From assembly GCA_005885565.1 (NCBI GenBank), contig VAXK01000053.1, positions 1 to 41,398 on the forward strand: a stretch of 41,398 bases of DNA. The letters are read 5' to 3'. The notes beneath the pieces were generated by a model. The model had not been told where the DNA came from. It worked only from the letters and a program-made list of their open reading frames with translations, and did no database searches. The translations under genes were made by a program, and so were the position numbers. Of this stretch, positions 24,017 to 32,879 are shown one piece after another. How positions within the stretch are numbered: position 1 is the stretch's first letter; each line of letters starts with the position of its first letter. The stretch is from Actinomycetota bacterium. GTDB taxonomy: Bacteria > Actinomycetota > Thermoleophilia > Gaiellales > Gaiellaceae.

Positions 24017-24032
24017 TAACATCAAGGCCGTG
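24017..24032 (+). promoter_or_regulatory. Candidate -10 (TAACAT) 7 nt upstream of the dapA GTG; possible leaderless start
   Basis: The TANNNT hexamer is at 24017-24022 and GTG at 24030. There is no well-spaced SD. Confidence 0.35.
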
Positions 24033-24911
24033 CTCGGTGAGGTCCTCACCGCGATCGTCACGCCCTTCGATCGCGACGGCGAGATCGATTTCGAGGCGTT
24101 CAGGCGCCTCGCGCTCCATCTCCTCGAGGACGGCTCGGACGGGTTCGTCGTCGCGGGGACGACGGGCGAGGCGCCGACGCTCTCGGACGACGAGCGGCTC
24201 GAGCTCTTCCGCGTCGCCGTCGACACCGTCGGCGACCGCGGCACGGTCGTGGCCGGAACGGGCACGTACTCGACGGCGCACTCCGTCCATCTGACCGAGC
24301 AGGCGAACGAGCTCGGGGTCGACGGCTTCCTCGTCGTGACGCCGTACTACAACAAGCCGCCGCCGCGCGGGATCGTCGAGCACTTCAAGGCGATCGCGGC
24401 CGTGAGCGACAAGCCGATCGTCGTCTACAACATCCCCGCCCGCGTCGTCCTCAACATCGAGCCGGAGACGATGGCCGAGCTGGCGGAGATCCCGACGGTC
24501 ACGGCCGTGAAGCAGGCGAACGCCGACCTCGACCAGGCGCGGCGGATCGTCGAGCTCGGCCTCGACCTGTACGCGGGCGACGACAACATCATCCAGCCGT
24601 TCCTGGAGCTCGGGGGCCTCGGCGGCGTCTGCGTCCACACGCACGTCGTCGGGCCGCAGGTGAAGGAGCAGGTTCGCGCCTGGCGGAGCGGCGACCACGA
24701 GCGGGCGAGGCGACTCGACGAGGAGCTCGGGCCGTCGTACGAGCTGCTGAAGGTCGCGCCGAACCCGATCGCGATCAAGGCGGCCCTCCACCTGCTCGGC
24801 CACGACGTCGGCGGCCACCGGCTGCCGCTCGTCGAGGCGACGCCCGAGGAGCGGGAGCGTATCCGCGACTGTCTCGAGCGGCTCGGCGTCCTGACGGCGA
24901 CGCCGGCCTAG
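24030..24911 (+). CDS. dapA: 4-hydroxy-tetrahydrodipicolinate synthase
   Basis: 'LTAIVTPFDRDGEIDFEAF...GFVVAGTTGEAPTLSDDER...VVTPYYNKP...VYNIPARV...AVKQA' is a full DapA match. Confidence 0.93.
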   Translation: MLGEVLTAIVTPFDRDGEIDFEAFRRLALHLLEDGSDGFVVAGTTGEAPTLSDDERLELFRVAVDTVGDRGTVVAGTGTYSTAHSVHLTEQANELGVDGFLVVTPYYNKPPPRGIVEHFKAIAAVSDKPIVVYNIPARVVLNIEPETMAELAEIPTVTAVKQANADLDQARRIVELGLDLYAGDDNIIQPFLELGGLGGVCVHTHVVGPQVKEQVRAWRSGDHERARRLDEELGPSYELLKVAPNPIAIKAALHLLGHDVGGHRLPLVEATPEERERIRDCLERLGVLTATPA

Positions 24912-24916
24912 CCACC

Positions 24917-24931
24917 TACACTTCGCAGGTG
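24917..24931 (+). promoter_or_regulatory. Candidate -10 (TACACT) 6 nt upstream of the rnj GTG; possible leaderless start
   Basis: The TANNNT hexamer is at 24917-24922 and GTG at 24929. No SD. Confidence 0.35.
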
Positions 24932-26578
24932 GACACGACACGGATCATCCCCCTCGGCGGGCTGGGCGAGGTCGGGAAGAACATGACCGTCTTCGAGGCC
25001 GGCGGCGAGACGATCGTCGTCGACACCGGCCTCGCGTTCCCGCGCGACGAGCACCTCGGCGTCGACCTCGTCCTGCCGGACTTCGGCTACCTGCGCGACC
25101 GGCGCGTGCGGGCCGTCCTGCTGACGCACGGCCACGAGGACCACGTCGGCGCGCTGCCGTACGTGCTGCGGGAGCTCGACATCGACGAGGTGTGGGCGAC
25201 GAGGCTGACGCTCGGGCTCGTGAAGTCGAAGCTCGACGAGCACGGTCTCCTGCGCGCGGCCGAGCTGCGGGAGGTCGATCCGGCCGGCGAGCCGCTCGAG
25301 CTCGGCCCGTTTCGCGCCGAGTTCGTGCGGATGGCGCACTCGATCCCCGACTCGGTGGCGATCGCGTTCGAGACGCCGGGCGGGCGCATCGTGCACACCG
25401 GCGACTACAAGCTCGACCACACGCCGATCGACGGGCTGAAGACGGACGTCGGCCGGCTCGCCGAGCTCGGCAACCGCGGCGTCGACCTGCTCCTCGGCGA
25501 CTCGACGAACGCGGAGCGGCCGGGTTTCACGCCGTCGGAGCGCGTGGTCGGCGAGGCCTTCCGGCAGATCATTCCGCAGCGGCACGGGCGCATCCTCGTC
25601 TCCTCGTTCGCCTCGAACGTGCACCGGATGCAGCAGGCGATCGACGTCGCGATCCAGGTCGGGCGCAAGGTCTGCATCGTCGGCCGCTCCATGCGCAAGA
25701 ACGCGAACATCGCGCGCAACCTCGGCTACATGGAGGTGCCCGAGGGCGTGCTCGTACGGCCGATCGAGCTGGACGAGCTCGCGCCGCACGAGGTGCTGAT
25801 CCTTTGCACCGGAAGCCAGGGCGAGCCGCTCTCGGCGCTGACGCGGATCGCCTACGACGACCATCCCGCGGTGCGGGTCGAGCGCGGCGACACCGTGATC
25901 ATCTCAGCCAAGCCCGTGCCCGGGAACGAGCTCCGCGTCCACGACGCGATCAACCGGCTGGCGAAGTCCGGCGCCGAGGTGCTGCACCAGGAGATCGCGC
26001 CCGTCCACGTTTCCGGCCATGGCTGCGCGGAGGAGCTGCGGACGATCCTGTCGCTCTTGCGGCCCAGGGCCGTGATGCCGATCCACGGCGAGTTCCGGAT
26101 GCTCGCTGCACACGGGCAGCTCGCGCGCGACGCCGGCGTGCCCGCGAGCTCGATCGTCTTCGCCGAGAACGGCTCCGTCGTCGAGCTCGGCCCGGGCGGC
26201 GGGGCGCGGATCGTGGACGAGGTCGAGTCGGGCGTGACCTTCGTGGACGGGCTCGGGGTGGGCGACGTGAAGGACGTGGCGCTGCGTGACCGCAGGCGTC
26301 TCTCCGAGGACGGCGTGCTGATCGTGATCACGACGCTCGCCTCGCAGAACGGCCGCTCGACGGCGCCGCCCGAGCTGATCGCCCGCGGCTTCACCGGGCC
26401 CGACGAGCTCCTCGCGGAGATGCGCGAAGAGGCGACGCGCGTCCTCGACGAGTGCCTCGCGGACGACATCAGCGAGATCAAGCTCCTCCAGGAGCACCTT
26501 CACGACGCGGTCGGCCAGCTCGTCTACGACCGCACCCGCCGGCGGCCGATGATCCTGCCGGTCATAGTGGAGGTATGA
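24929..26578 (+). CDS. rnj: Ribonuclease J
   Basis: Metallo-beta-lactamase motif 'LLTHGHEDHVGALP', 'GDYKLDHTP', a beta-CASP region and 'HVSGHGCAEEL'. Follows dapA as in many actinobacteria. Confidence 0.93.
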   Translation: MDTTRIIPLGGLGEVGKNMTVFEAGGETIVVDTGLAFPRDEHLGVDLVLPDFGYLRDRRVRAVLLTHGHEDHVGALPYVLRELDIDEVWATRLTLGLVKSKLDEHGLLRAAELREVDPAGEPLELGPFRAEFVRMAHSIPDSVAIAFETPGGRIVHTGDYKLDHTPIDGLKTDVGRLAELGNRGVDLLLGDSTNAERPGFTPSERVVGEAFRQIIPQRHGRILVSSFASNVHRMQQAIDVAIQVGRKVCIVGRSMRKNANIARNLGYMEVPEGVLVRPIELDELAPHEVLILCTGSQGEPLSALTRIAYDDHPAVRVERGDTVIISAKPVPGNELRVHDAINRLAKSGAEVLHQEIAPVHVSGHGCAEELRTILSLLRPRAVMPIHGEFRMLAAHGQLARDAGVPASSIVFAENGSVVELGPGGGARIVDEVESGVTFVDGLGVGDVKDVALRDRRRLSEDGVLIVITTLASQNGRSTAPPELIARGFTGPDELLAEMREEATRVLDECLADDISEIKLLQEHLHDAVGQLVYDRTRRRPMILPVIVEV

Positions 26579-27132
26579 CCACCCTTCGCGCCCGCGAGCC
26601 CGGATGGGCCGACGTGCTCGCCGACCACGCCGCCGAGGACGCCACGGCGCGGCGGCTGATCGCGCAGCTCGGCGCCTGCGAGGCGGCGGCGCTCGCGTTC
26701 TGCCGGCTGCTCGAGCGCTGGGCTCGCGGCGACGCGCACCCATCCACGCCGGGCGGGCGCCAGGCCGCGCTGCGACACGCGGCCGATCGTGTCGAGACGG
26801 CGCTCGCGGGCCTCGAGCGGCCGCTCGACCGCTACCTCCTCGAGCTGGAGCCGGAGCGTGCGGAGGGTCGCTCGTGGTACGGCGGCCCGGGGGCGGCGGA
26901 GCTGCTCGAGTGGGCGCCCGTGCTGACGCGCGCCGGGGTGCGGGTCTCGGCGGTTCGCGTCGCGCAGGCCTACCTCGAGCTGGCGGTGCTCGTCCGCGCG
27001 CTGGAAGGTCTTGCGGACGCGGCGCGGGTAGACGCGGCGCCGGATCGGTCGTCGCTCTGGGCAGGGCTCTTCGACCTGCGCGAGAACCTCGTCGAGCGGG
27101 CGGCTCAAGACCTCCGCGCGCTTGCCGCCTGA
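26575..27132 (+). CDS. Hypothetical helical protein (185 aa), coupled to rnj
   Basis: ATGA overlap with the rnj stop. Strong G/C third-position bias in this frame. Ala/Leu/Arg/Glu-rich with no recognisable motif. Confidence 0.55.
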   Translation: MTTLRAREPGWADVLADHAAEDATARRLIAQLGACEAAALAFCRLLERWARGDAHPSTPGGRQAALRHAADRVETALAGLERPLDRYLLELEPERAEGRSWYGGPGAAELLEWAPVLTRAGVRVSAVRVAQAYLELAVLVRALEGLADAARVDAAPDRSSLWAGLFDLRENLVERAAQDLRALAA

Positions 27133-27937
27133 GCTAACCGTCGTCGGGTCGATCAACCTCGACCTGGTGGCGCGTGTGGAGCGCCTGCCGCGGCCGGGCG
27201 AGACGATCAGCGGCGCGACGCTCGACCGCTTTCCGGGTGGTAAGGGCGCGAACCAGGCGGTCGCCGCAGCCCGGCTCGGGGCCACCGTGAAGCTCGTGGG
27301 CGCGGTGGGTGACGACCCTTTCGCCGAAGAGGCGCTCGCCGGCTTGCGCGAGGCCGGCGTGGACACGATGCTCGAGGTCGCCGGCGCCACGGGGATCGCG
27401 CTGATCCTCCTCGACGAACGCGGCGAGAACCACATCGTCGTCGTCCCGGGGGCGAATGCCGAGTGGGCTCCGGCCGGGTTCCCCGGCGCGGTGCTCTGCC
27501 AGCTCGAGATTCCCGTCGAGAACGTGGAGCTCGCTGCGAACGAGGCCGACTTCTTCTGCCTGAACGCGGCACCGGCGAGGCCGATCCCGCCGTCGCTCGT
27601 GGAGCGGTGCGATCTCGTCGTCGTGAATCGCTACGAGCTCGAGGCGCTGCCGGCCGAGCCGCGACTGACGGCGCTCACGCTCGGCGCCGAGGGAGCGGTG
27701 CTGCTCGAGCGCGGGGTGGAGATCGCGCGCGCCGCGCCGCCGGCCGTGGAGGTCGTCGACGGAACCGCCGCCGGGGACGCGTTTACCGCGGCCCTCGTCG
27801 TCTCGCACCTCGAGGGCCGCGAATGGGACGAGGCGCTCCGGCGCGCCTGCGCCGCCGGGGCGCTCGCGGCCTCGCGCTTCGGCGCTCAACCGTCCCTTCC
27901 GACCGCGGCCGAGGTGGACGAGATACTCGCCGCATGA
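27122..27937 (+). CDS. rbsK: Ribokinase
   Basis: 'VVGSINLDLV...PGETI...GGKGANQAVAAARLG' and the C-terminal 'DGTAAGDAFTAALV' PfkB motifs. TTG start. Confidence 0.85.
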   Translation: MPPELTVVGSINLDLVARVERLPRPGETISGATLDRFPGGKGANQAVAAARLGATVKLVGAVGDDPFAEEALAGLREAGVDTMLEVAGATGIALILLDERGENHIVVVPGANAEWAPAGFPGAVLCQLEIPVENVELAANEADFFCLNAAPARPIPPSLVERCDLVVVNRYELEALPAEPRLTALTLGAEGAVLLERGVEIARAAPPAVEVVDGTAAGDAFTAALVVSHLEGREWDEALRRACAAGALAASRFGAQPSLPTAAEVDEILAA

Positions 27938-28842
27938 CGCCCATCCCGATCCTCCTCGACTGCGACCCGGGCCACGACGACGCGATCGCGCTGCTGCTCG
28001 CGCTCGCGAGCCCGGAGGTCGAGCTGCGCGGCGTCACGACCGTCGCCGGGAACCAGACGCTCGAGAAGACGACGGCGAACGCGCTTCGCGTGCTCGAGCT
28101 CATGGGCCGCGAGGACGTCGAGGTGGCCGCCGGGGCGGACCGGCCGCTCGTGCGGGAGCCGTTCGTCGCCGCCTACGTGCACGGCGAGACCGGCCTCGAC
28201 GGGAGCGACCTGCGGCCGGCGCGCGGCGCGCCCGTCGCGCAGCACGCGGTCGACTTCCTCGCCGAGCGCGTCGCGGGCATCACGCTCGTCGCGACGGGGC
28301 CGCTGACGAACGTCGCGCTCCTGCTCGCGCGCCACGAAGAGCGGCCGGAGCGGATCGTCCTCATGGGCGGCGCGATCGCCGAGGGCAACGTGACGCCCGC
28401 CGCGGAGTTCAACGTCTGGGCCGATCCCGAGGCGGCGAAGCGCGTCTTCGCGGGCGGCCTCGACCTGACGATGGTCGGCCTCGACGTCACGCACAAGGCG
28501 CTCGTCCGGGCAGAGCACAAGGAGCGGCTGCGCGCGGCCGGCCGGGTGGGGCGGACGGTGGCCGAGCTGCTCGACTTCTACGACCGCTTTCACCGCGAGG
28601 TGTACGGCTTCGACGGCTCGCCGATCCACGACGCGGTCGCGCTCGCGTACGCGTTTCGTCCCGACCTCCTCGAGACGCGCGAGTTGAACGTCGAGGTCGA
28701 CACGACGTCCGATCTCTGCCGCGGCCGAACCGTCGTCGACGTCTGGCGCCGCACGGGCCGCGAAGCCAACGCCCGCGTCGCCGTCGGTATCAACTCGTCT
28801 GCGTTCGTGGAGCTGCTCGTCGAGCGGATCGGCTCGCTCTAG
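27934..28842 (+). CDS. Nucleoside hydrolase (IUNH family)
   Basis: The N-terminal 'ILLDCDPGHDDAIALLLA' aspartate cluster, 'TNVALLL' and 'AEFNVWADPEAA'. ATGA overlap with rbsK. Confidence 0.88.
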   Translation: MTPIPILLDCDPGHDDAIALLLALASPEVELRGVTTVAGNQTLEKTTANALRVLELMGREDVEVAAGADRPLVREPFVAAYVHGETGLDGSDLRPARGAPVAQHAVDFLAERVAGITLVATGPLTNVALLLARHEERPERIVLMGGAIAEGNVTPAAEFNVWADPEAAKRVFAGGLDLTMVGLDVTHKALVRAEHKERLRAAGRVGRTVAELLDFYDRFHREVYGFDGSPIHDAVALAYAFRPDLLETRELNVEVDTTSDLCRGRTVVDVWRRTGREANARVAVGINSSAFVELLVERIGSL

Positions 28843-28933
28843 CGTCGCGGGGGTCGGCCTCTCTCGCCCACGCTCGTGTCGGGGAACGGCGGTCTCGGCG
28901 CTGCAGGCGGGCACGGCTTCGGCTTCTTCTTGA

Positions 28934-29419
28934 TCAGCTTGCCAAGATCCATAGCCAGACGACGAGCTCGCATCCGAGGCAGACGCTAGCAACGGCGAAC
29001 GTCGCGTCCAAGGCGCGCAATTGACGCGCGTTCGCGTCGAAGTTCCGGCCGTTGTAGAACGCGATCGCCCGCCGGTACGCGCCGAGCGAGACCGGCTGCT
29101 CACGGTTCAGGTACGTGCGGACGAGGAGATCCGGGTGGTGAGCCAAGGCCGTGTTCGTTCTTGGCGTCACCACGAAGAGCGTGAGCAAGACCACGCTCAC
29201 GAAGAGTCCGATCGCGACCCAGCTTGCAGGATCCAGTCGTGCGTGCGTGGCCGGCCGTGTCGCACCGGCAAGGCCGCCGAGTACGGCCGTCGCCACGCTC
29301 GCGCCGGCAACCAGCGCTCCCGCTCGGGTCCGGAGCGCGTCGATGACGCGCGCCTGCTCGTCGAGCGCGCGGAACGACTGGTCGTAGATCGCGGCTTCGA
29401 CCGCGGCGAGGTCGGTCAT
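28934..29419 (-). CDS. Orphan 3-TM membrane protein (161 aa, unknown function)
   Basis: ATG 29419. N-terminal amphipathic helix, TM1 'GALVAGASVATAVLGGLAG', TM2 'WVAIGLFVSVVLLTLFVV', a soluble segment of about 50 aa, and C-terminal TM 'FAVASVCLGCELVVWLWILA'. Some rare codons (caa, ttg, cta, gtt) toward the 3' end. Confidence 0.6.
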   Translation of the reverse strand: MTDLAAVEAAIYDQSFRALDEQARVIDALRTRAGALVAGASVATAVLGGLAGATRPATHARLDPASWVAIGLFVSVVLLTLFVVTPRTNTALAHHPDLLVRTYLNREQPVSLGAYRRAIAFYNGRNFDANARQLRALDATFAVASVCLGCELVVWLWILAS

Positions 29420-29499
29420 GCGGCGATTCTGGTGCCGCACCTCGTGCCCGTCTCGTGCGGAACGGAGGAAGACACGCAAGCGGCACGAAATCGGCGCAC

Positions 29500-31662
29500 A
29501 TGGCCCGCCGGAAGAAGCGGACCGGTCGCCTGCGTCCGAAGACGCCGGCCCGGATCAAGAAGAAGCGAGCGCGGAGGGCACGCGGGCAGCAGCATCCCGA
29601 GCTCGGCGGGCTCCTCCTCGTCGCGTTCGGGATCTTCCTCGCGAGCGTCCTCTACGTCGGCTGGAGCGGCGGCGTCGTCGGCGGCGCGCTCGCCGACGGC
29701 GTGCGCGGCGCGATCGGCGGCGCGGCCTACGTCGCTCCGCTCGCCTGCCTCGCGCTCGGCGGGCTCATGGTCACCCGCAGCGAGCTCGTCGACCTGCGCC
29801 CGTTCCGCACCGGCCTCCTCGTCCTCACGGTCGGGCTCGAGCTCGCGCTCGGCCGCGCGCACGGCGGCCTCGCCGGCCGCGTCCTCGAGAGCGTCTTCGG
29901 GACGCTCCTCGGCGGGACGGGCTCGACGATCCTCGGCGCGACGGCCCTCGCCATAGGCGCCCTCCTCCTGAGCGGCGCGTCGGCCGGCGCGCTGCTCCGC
30001 CGCTCCGGCCATGTCGTGAAGCGTGCGGCCCGGCGAACCACCACACGGCCGAGGCCCGTCGTCGCCGCGCCGCCGCCCGCGCCGTCCCTGCCCGCCACGC
30101 CGCCCGTCGACGCCGTCCACGACTTCCCCGACGTCGTGGGGGAGACGCTGGAGCCGCCGCCCCTCCTCGTCGAGGAGCCGGAGGCCGAGACGCTGTTCGG
30201 CACGCCGGTCGAGGCCCACACGGAGTACCGGCTCCCCGATCGCGGCGTCCTCCGCCGCTCGCCCGCGGCGACGCCTGCTTCCGCCGAGGCCGGTGCGCGC
30301 ATCGCCGACGCGCTCGTCCAGACGCTCGCGCACTTCGGCGTCGAGGCGAAGATCAGCGGCCAGATCGCCGGCCCGCGCGTCACGCGCTACGAGCTCCAGC
30401 TCGCGCCGGGCACGAAGGTCTCGAAGGTCGCCGCGCTGAAGGACGACCTCTCGTACGCCCTCGCGACGACCGAGATCCGCATCCTCGCGCCGATCCCCGG
30501 CAAGCAGGCGGTCGGCGTCGAGCTCCCGAACCTGAGCCCGAACATCGTCACCCTCGGCGACATCTTCGACGACCTGCCGCAGGCGGCCAGCCCGCTCTCG
30601 GTGTGGCTCGGCAAGGACATCTCCGGCAGCGCGGTCTGGACCGACCTCGCCCGCATGCCGCATGTCCTCATCGCCGGCACGACGGGCTCGGGCAAGTCGG
30701 GCTGCATCAACGCGATCCTCACGTCGATCCTCCTGCGCGCCACCCCTGACGAGGTGCGGATGATCCTCATCGACCCGAAGCGGATCGAGCTCGGCTTCTA
30801 CGAGGCGATCCCACACCTCCTGACGCCGGTGGTGTCGAGCCCGAAGGGCGCGGCCGCCGTGCTCGCGAACGTCGTGGGGGAGATGGAGCGCCGCTACGAG
30901 CGGCTCTCGGCGGTGCGGGCGCGGAACCTGCCGGAGGCGAACCGCGCCTTCCGCTCGCGCGGCGAGGACCCGCTGCCGTACCTCCTCGTCGTCATCGACG
31001 AGCTCGCCGACCTGATGATGATCTCGCCGCAGGAGGTCGAGGACGCCGTCATCCGCCTGGCCCAGAAGTCGCGCGCGGTCGGGATCCACCTCGTGCTCGC
31101 GACCCAGCGGCCGTCCGTCGACGTGATCACCGGGATGATCAAGGCGAACGTGCCGTCGCGGATCGCGTTCGCCGTCTCGAGCCAGACCGACTCCCGCGTC
31201 ATCCTCGACCAGGCGGGGGCCGAGAGCCTCCTCGGTCAGGGCGACATGCTCTTCAAGCCGCTCGGAACCTCGCGTCTCCAGCGCGTCCAGGGGGCCTACG
31301 TGACCGAGGAGGAGATCGCGCTCGTCGTCGAGCAGTGCAAGAGCCAGCGCGAGCAGGAGCTCGACGAGTCGCTGCTCGAGCTGCCCGAGGCCTTCGCCGA
31401 GGGCGCGGACGACGACGCCGACGGCGACTTCGACCCGGACGAGGATCCGCTCCTCGACAAGGCAATCGAGGTCGTCGTGCAGACGCAGACCGCCTCGGTG
31501 TCGCTCCTCCAGCGGCGCCTCCGCGTCGGCTACACGCGGGCGGGGAGGCTGGTCGACATGCTCGAGCGGCGCGGGATCATCTCCGGGTACGAGGGCTCGA
31601 AGCCGCGCCGCGTGCTCGTCGGCGAGGCCGACCTCGACCGCGTGCGCGTTACGGCGACGTAA
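29500..31662 (+). CDS. ftsK: DNA translocase FtsK/SpoIIIE
   Basis: N-terminal TM helices, motor domain 'HVLIAGTTGSGKSGCINA', 'LLVVIDELADLM', 'GIHLVLATQRPSVDVITG', and gamma domain 'SVSLLQRRLRVGYTRAGRLVDMLE'. ATG 29500, with GTG 29455 as an alternative. Confidence 0.93.
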   Translation: MARRKKRTGRLRPKTPARIKKKRARRARGQQHPELGGLLLVAFGIFLASVLYVGWSGGVVGGALADGVRGAIGGAAYVAPLACLALGGLMVTRSELVDLRPFRTGLLVLTVGLELALGRAHGGLAGRVLESVFGTLLGGTGSTILGATALAIGALLLSGASAGALLRRSGHVVKRAARRTTTRPRPVVAAPPPAPSLPATPPVDAVHDFPDVVGETLEPPPLLVEEPEAETLFGTPVEAHTEYRLPDRGVLRRSPAATPASAEAGARIADALVQTLAHFGVEAKISGQIAGPRVTRYELQLAPGTKVSKVAALKDDLSYALATTEIRILAPIPGKQAVGVELPNLSPNIVTLGDIFDDLPQAASPLSVWLGKDISGSAVWTDLARMPHVLIAGTTGSGKSGCINAILTSILLRATPDEVRMILIDPKRIELGFYEAIPHLLTPVVSSPKGAAAVLANVVGEMERRYERLSAVRARNLPEANRAFRSRGEDPLPYLLVVIDELADLMMISPQEVEDAVIRLAQKSRAVGIHLVLATQRPSVDVITGMIKANVPSRIAFAVSSQTDSRVILDQAGAESLLGQGDMLFKPLGTSRLQRVQGAYVTEEEIALVVEQCKSQREQELDESLLELPEAFAEGADDDADGDFDPDEDPLLDKAIEVVVQTQTASVSLLQRRLRVGYTRAGRLVDMLERRGIISGYEGSKPRRVLVGEADLDRVRVTAT

Positions 31663-31716
31663 AGCCGGCACTCGATTCGCCAACCGGATCGCGTTAGCAT
31701 CGTCTCGGTTTACGCC

Positions 31717-31742
31717 GTGCGGCGTCGAAGTGCGGCGTCGAA
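31717..31742 (+). repeat. Perfect tandem 13-mer (gtgcggcgtcgaa x2) upstream of the BMP transporter SD
   Basis: Read directly: 31717-31729 equals 31730-31742. The preceding acgccg (31712-31717) can pair with cggcgt in either unit. Confidence 0.6.
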
Positions 31743-31758
31743 TACTCAAGGAGGGCAT

Positions 31759-32823
31759 GTGACCGGAAAACGATTCCTGCTGCGAGCCGTCGCGCTGCTG
31801 GCGCTCGCGGCGCTCGTGGCGGCGGCAGGCGCAGCGGCGCGCACAGGGCGCGCCGGCGGGCCGGCCGCCAAGCAGGCGACGGTGAAGGTGGCGCTCGTCA
31901 CCGACATCGGCGGGCTCAACGACCGCGGCTTCAACCACCTCTCGTACGTCGGGCTCCAGCAGGCGCAGAAGAAGCTGAAGATCAACGGCCGCGTCTTCAT
32001 CACCCAGACTGCGAACGACCGGACGCCGAACCTGCGGTCGGCGGCTCAGCAGGGCTACGGGCTGGTCATCCCCGTGGGCGTCCTGTTCGAGTTCGGGCCG
32101 CTCGACGACGTCGCACCGGCGTTCCCGAACACGAAGTTCGCGGGTGTCGACGTGCAGTGGTCGGGGCTCACGAAGAAGCCGGCGAACGTCCGCGGGATTC
32201 AGTTCAAGGAGCAGGAGGCCGGCTACCTCGTCGGCTACATCGCGGGCCTCGTGATCAAGCGGCACCCGTACAAGGGCAAGCAGGTCGTGAGCGGTGTCGG
32301 CGCCAACAAGGTCCCGGCGATCGTCCGCTACCTGGCCGGCTTCCAGGCGGGCGCGAAGAAGGCCGATCCGAAGGCGACGGTGCTGATCAACTACGCGAAC
32401 GACCCGACCTTCGCCGACCAGGCGAAGTGCAAGGAGACGACGCTGAACCAGATCCAGCGCGGATCCGGCATCGCCTTCGAGGCGGCCGGCGCCTGCGGGC
32501 TCGGCGGGCTCGACGCGGCCAAGCAGCAGGGCGCGTGGGGGATCGGCGTGGACGCCGACCAGGGCTTCCTCGGCAAGCACATCCTGACGAGCGCGCTGAA
32601 GAACGTCTCCCTGTCGGTCTACCAGGCGATCGCCGCCTACAAGGCGAACCCGTCCGGGTTCAAGGGCGGCTTCGACAAGACCTACAGCGTCAAGAACAAC
32701 GGCGTCGGCTACGGCAAGCTGAGCACGAAGCTGTCGAAGGCCGACCGCGCGTTCATCACGAAGAAGGTCGCGGTCGTCAAGAAGCAGATCGCATCCGGCA
32801 AGATCAAGCCGCCGTCGCAGTAG
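31759..32823 (+). CDS. BMP-family ABC transporter substrate-binding protein (PnrA/Med-like, nucleoside type)
   Basis: GTG 31759 follows AAGGAGGG. Signal peptide, then 'VALVTDIGGLNDRGFNHLSY' and 'GIGVDADQ', typical of BMP. Confidence 0.88.
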   Translation: MTGKRFLLRAVALLALAALVAAAGAAARTGRAGGPAAKQATVKVALVTDIGGLNDRGFNHLSYVGLQQAQKKLKINGRVFITQTANDRTPNLRSAAQQGYGLVIPVGVLFEFGPLDDVAPAFPNTKFAGVDVQWSGLTKKPANVRGIQFKEQEAGYLVGYIAGLVIKRHPYKGKQVVSGVGANKVPAIVRYLAGFQAGAKKADPKATVLINYANDPTFADQAKCKETTLNQIQRGSGIAFEAAGACGLGGLDAAKQQGAWGIGVDADQGFLGKHILTSALKNVSLSVYQAIAAYKANPSGFKGGFDKTYSVKNNGVGYGKLSTKLSKADRAFITKKVAVVKKQIASGKIKPPSQ

Positions 32824-32837
32824 CGGCGAAGCTGGTT

Positions 32838-32868
32838 CCTAGGGGGCGGGTCGTGCTCGCCCCCTAGG
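32838..32868 (+). promoter_or_regulatory. Intercistronic hairpin between the SBP and ATPase genes
   Basis: cctagggggcg-(9 nt)-cgccccctagg is a perfect 11-bp stem with no U-tract. Confidence 0.55.
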
Positions 32869-32879
32869 ATTCGCAGTCG

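Noticed and set aside
29515-29550. The sequence ggaccggtcgcctgcgtccgaagacg in the ftsK N-terminal coding region resembles the intergenic repeat core.
   Set aside because: Only short fragments match (gaccggtcg, tgcgtcc), without the hairpin modules. It lies in a Lys/Arg-rich coding segment, so it is likely coincidental.
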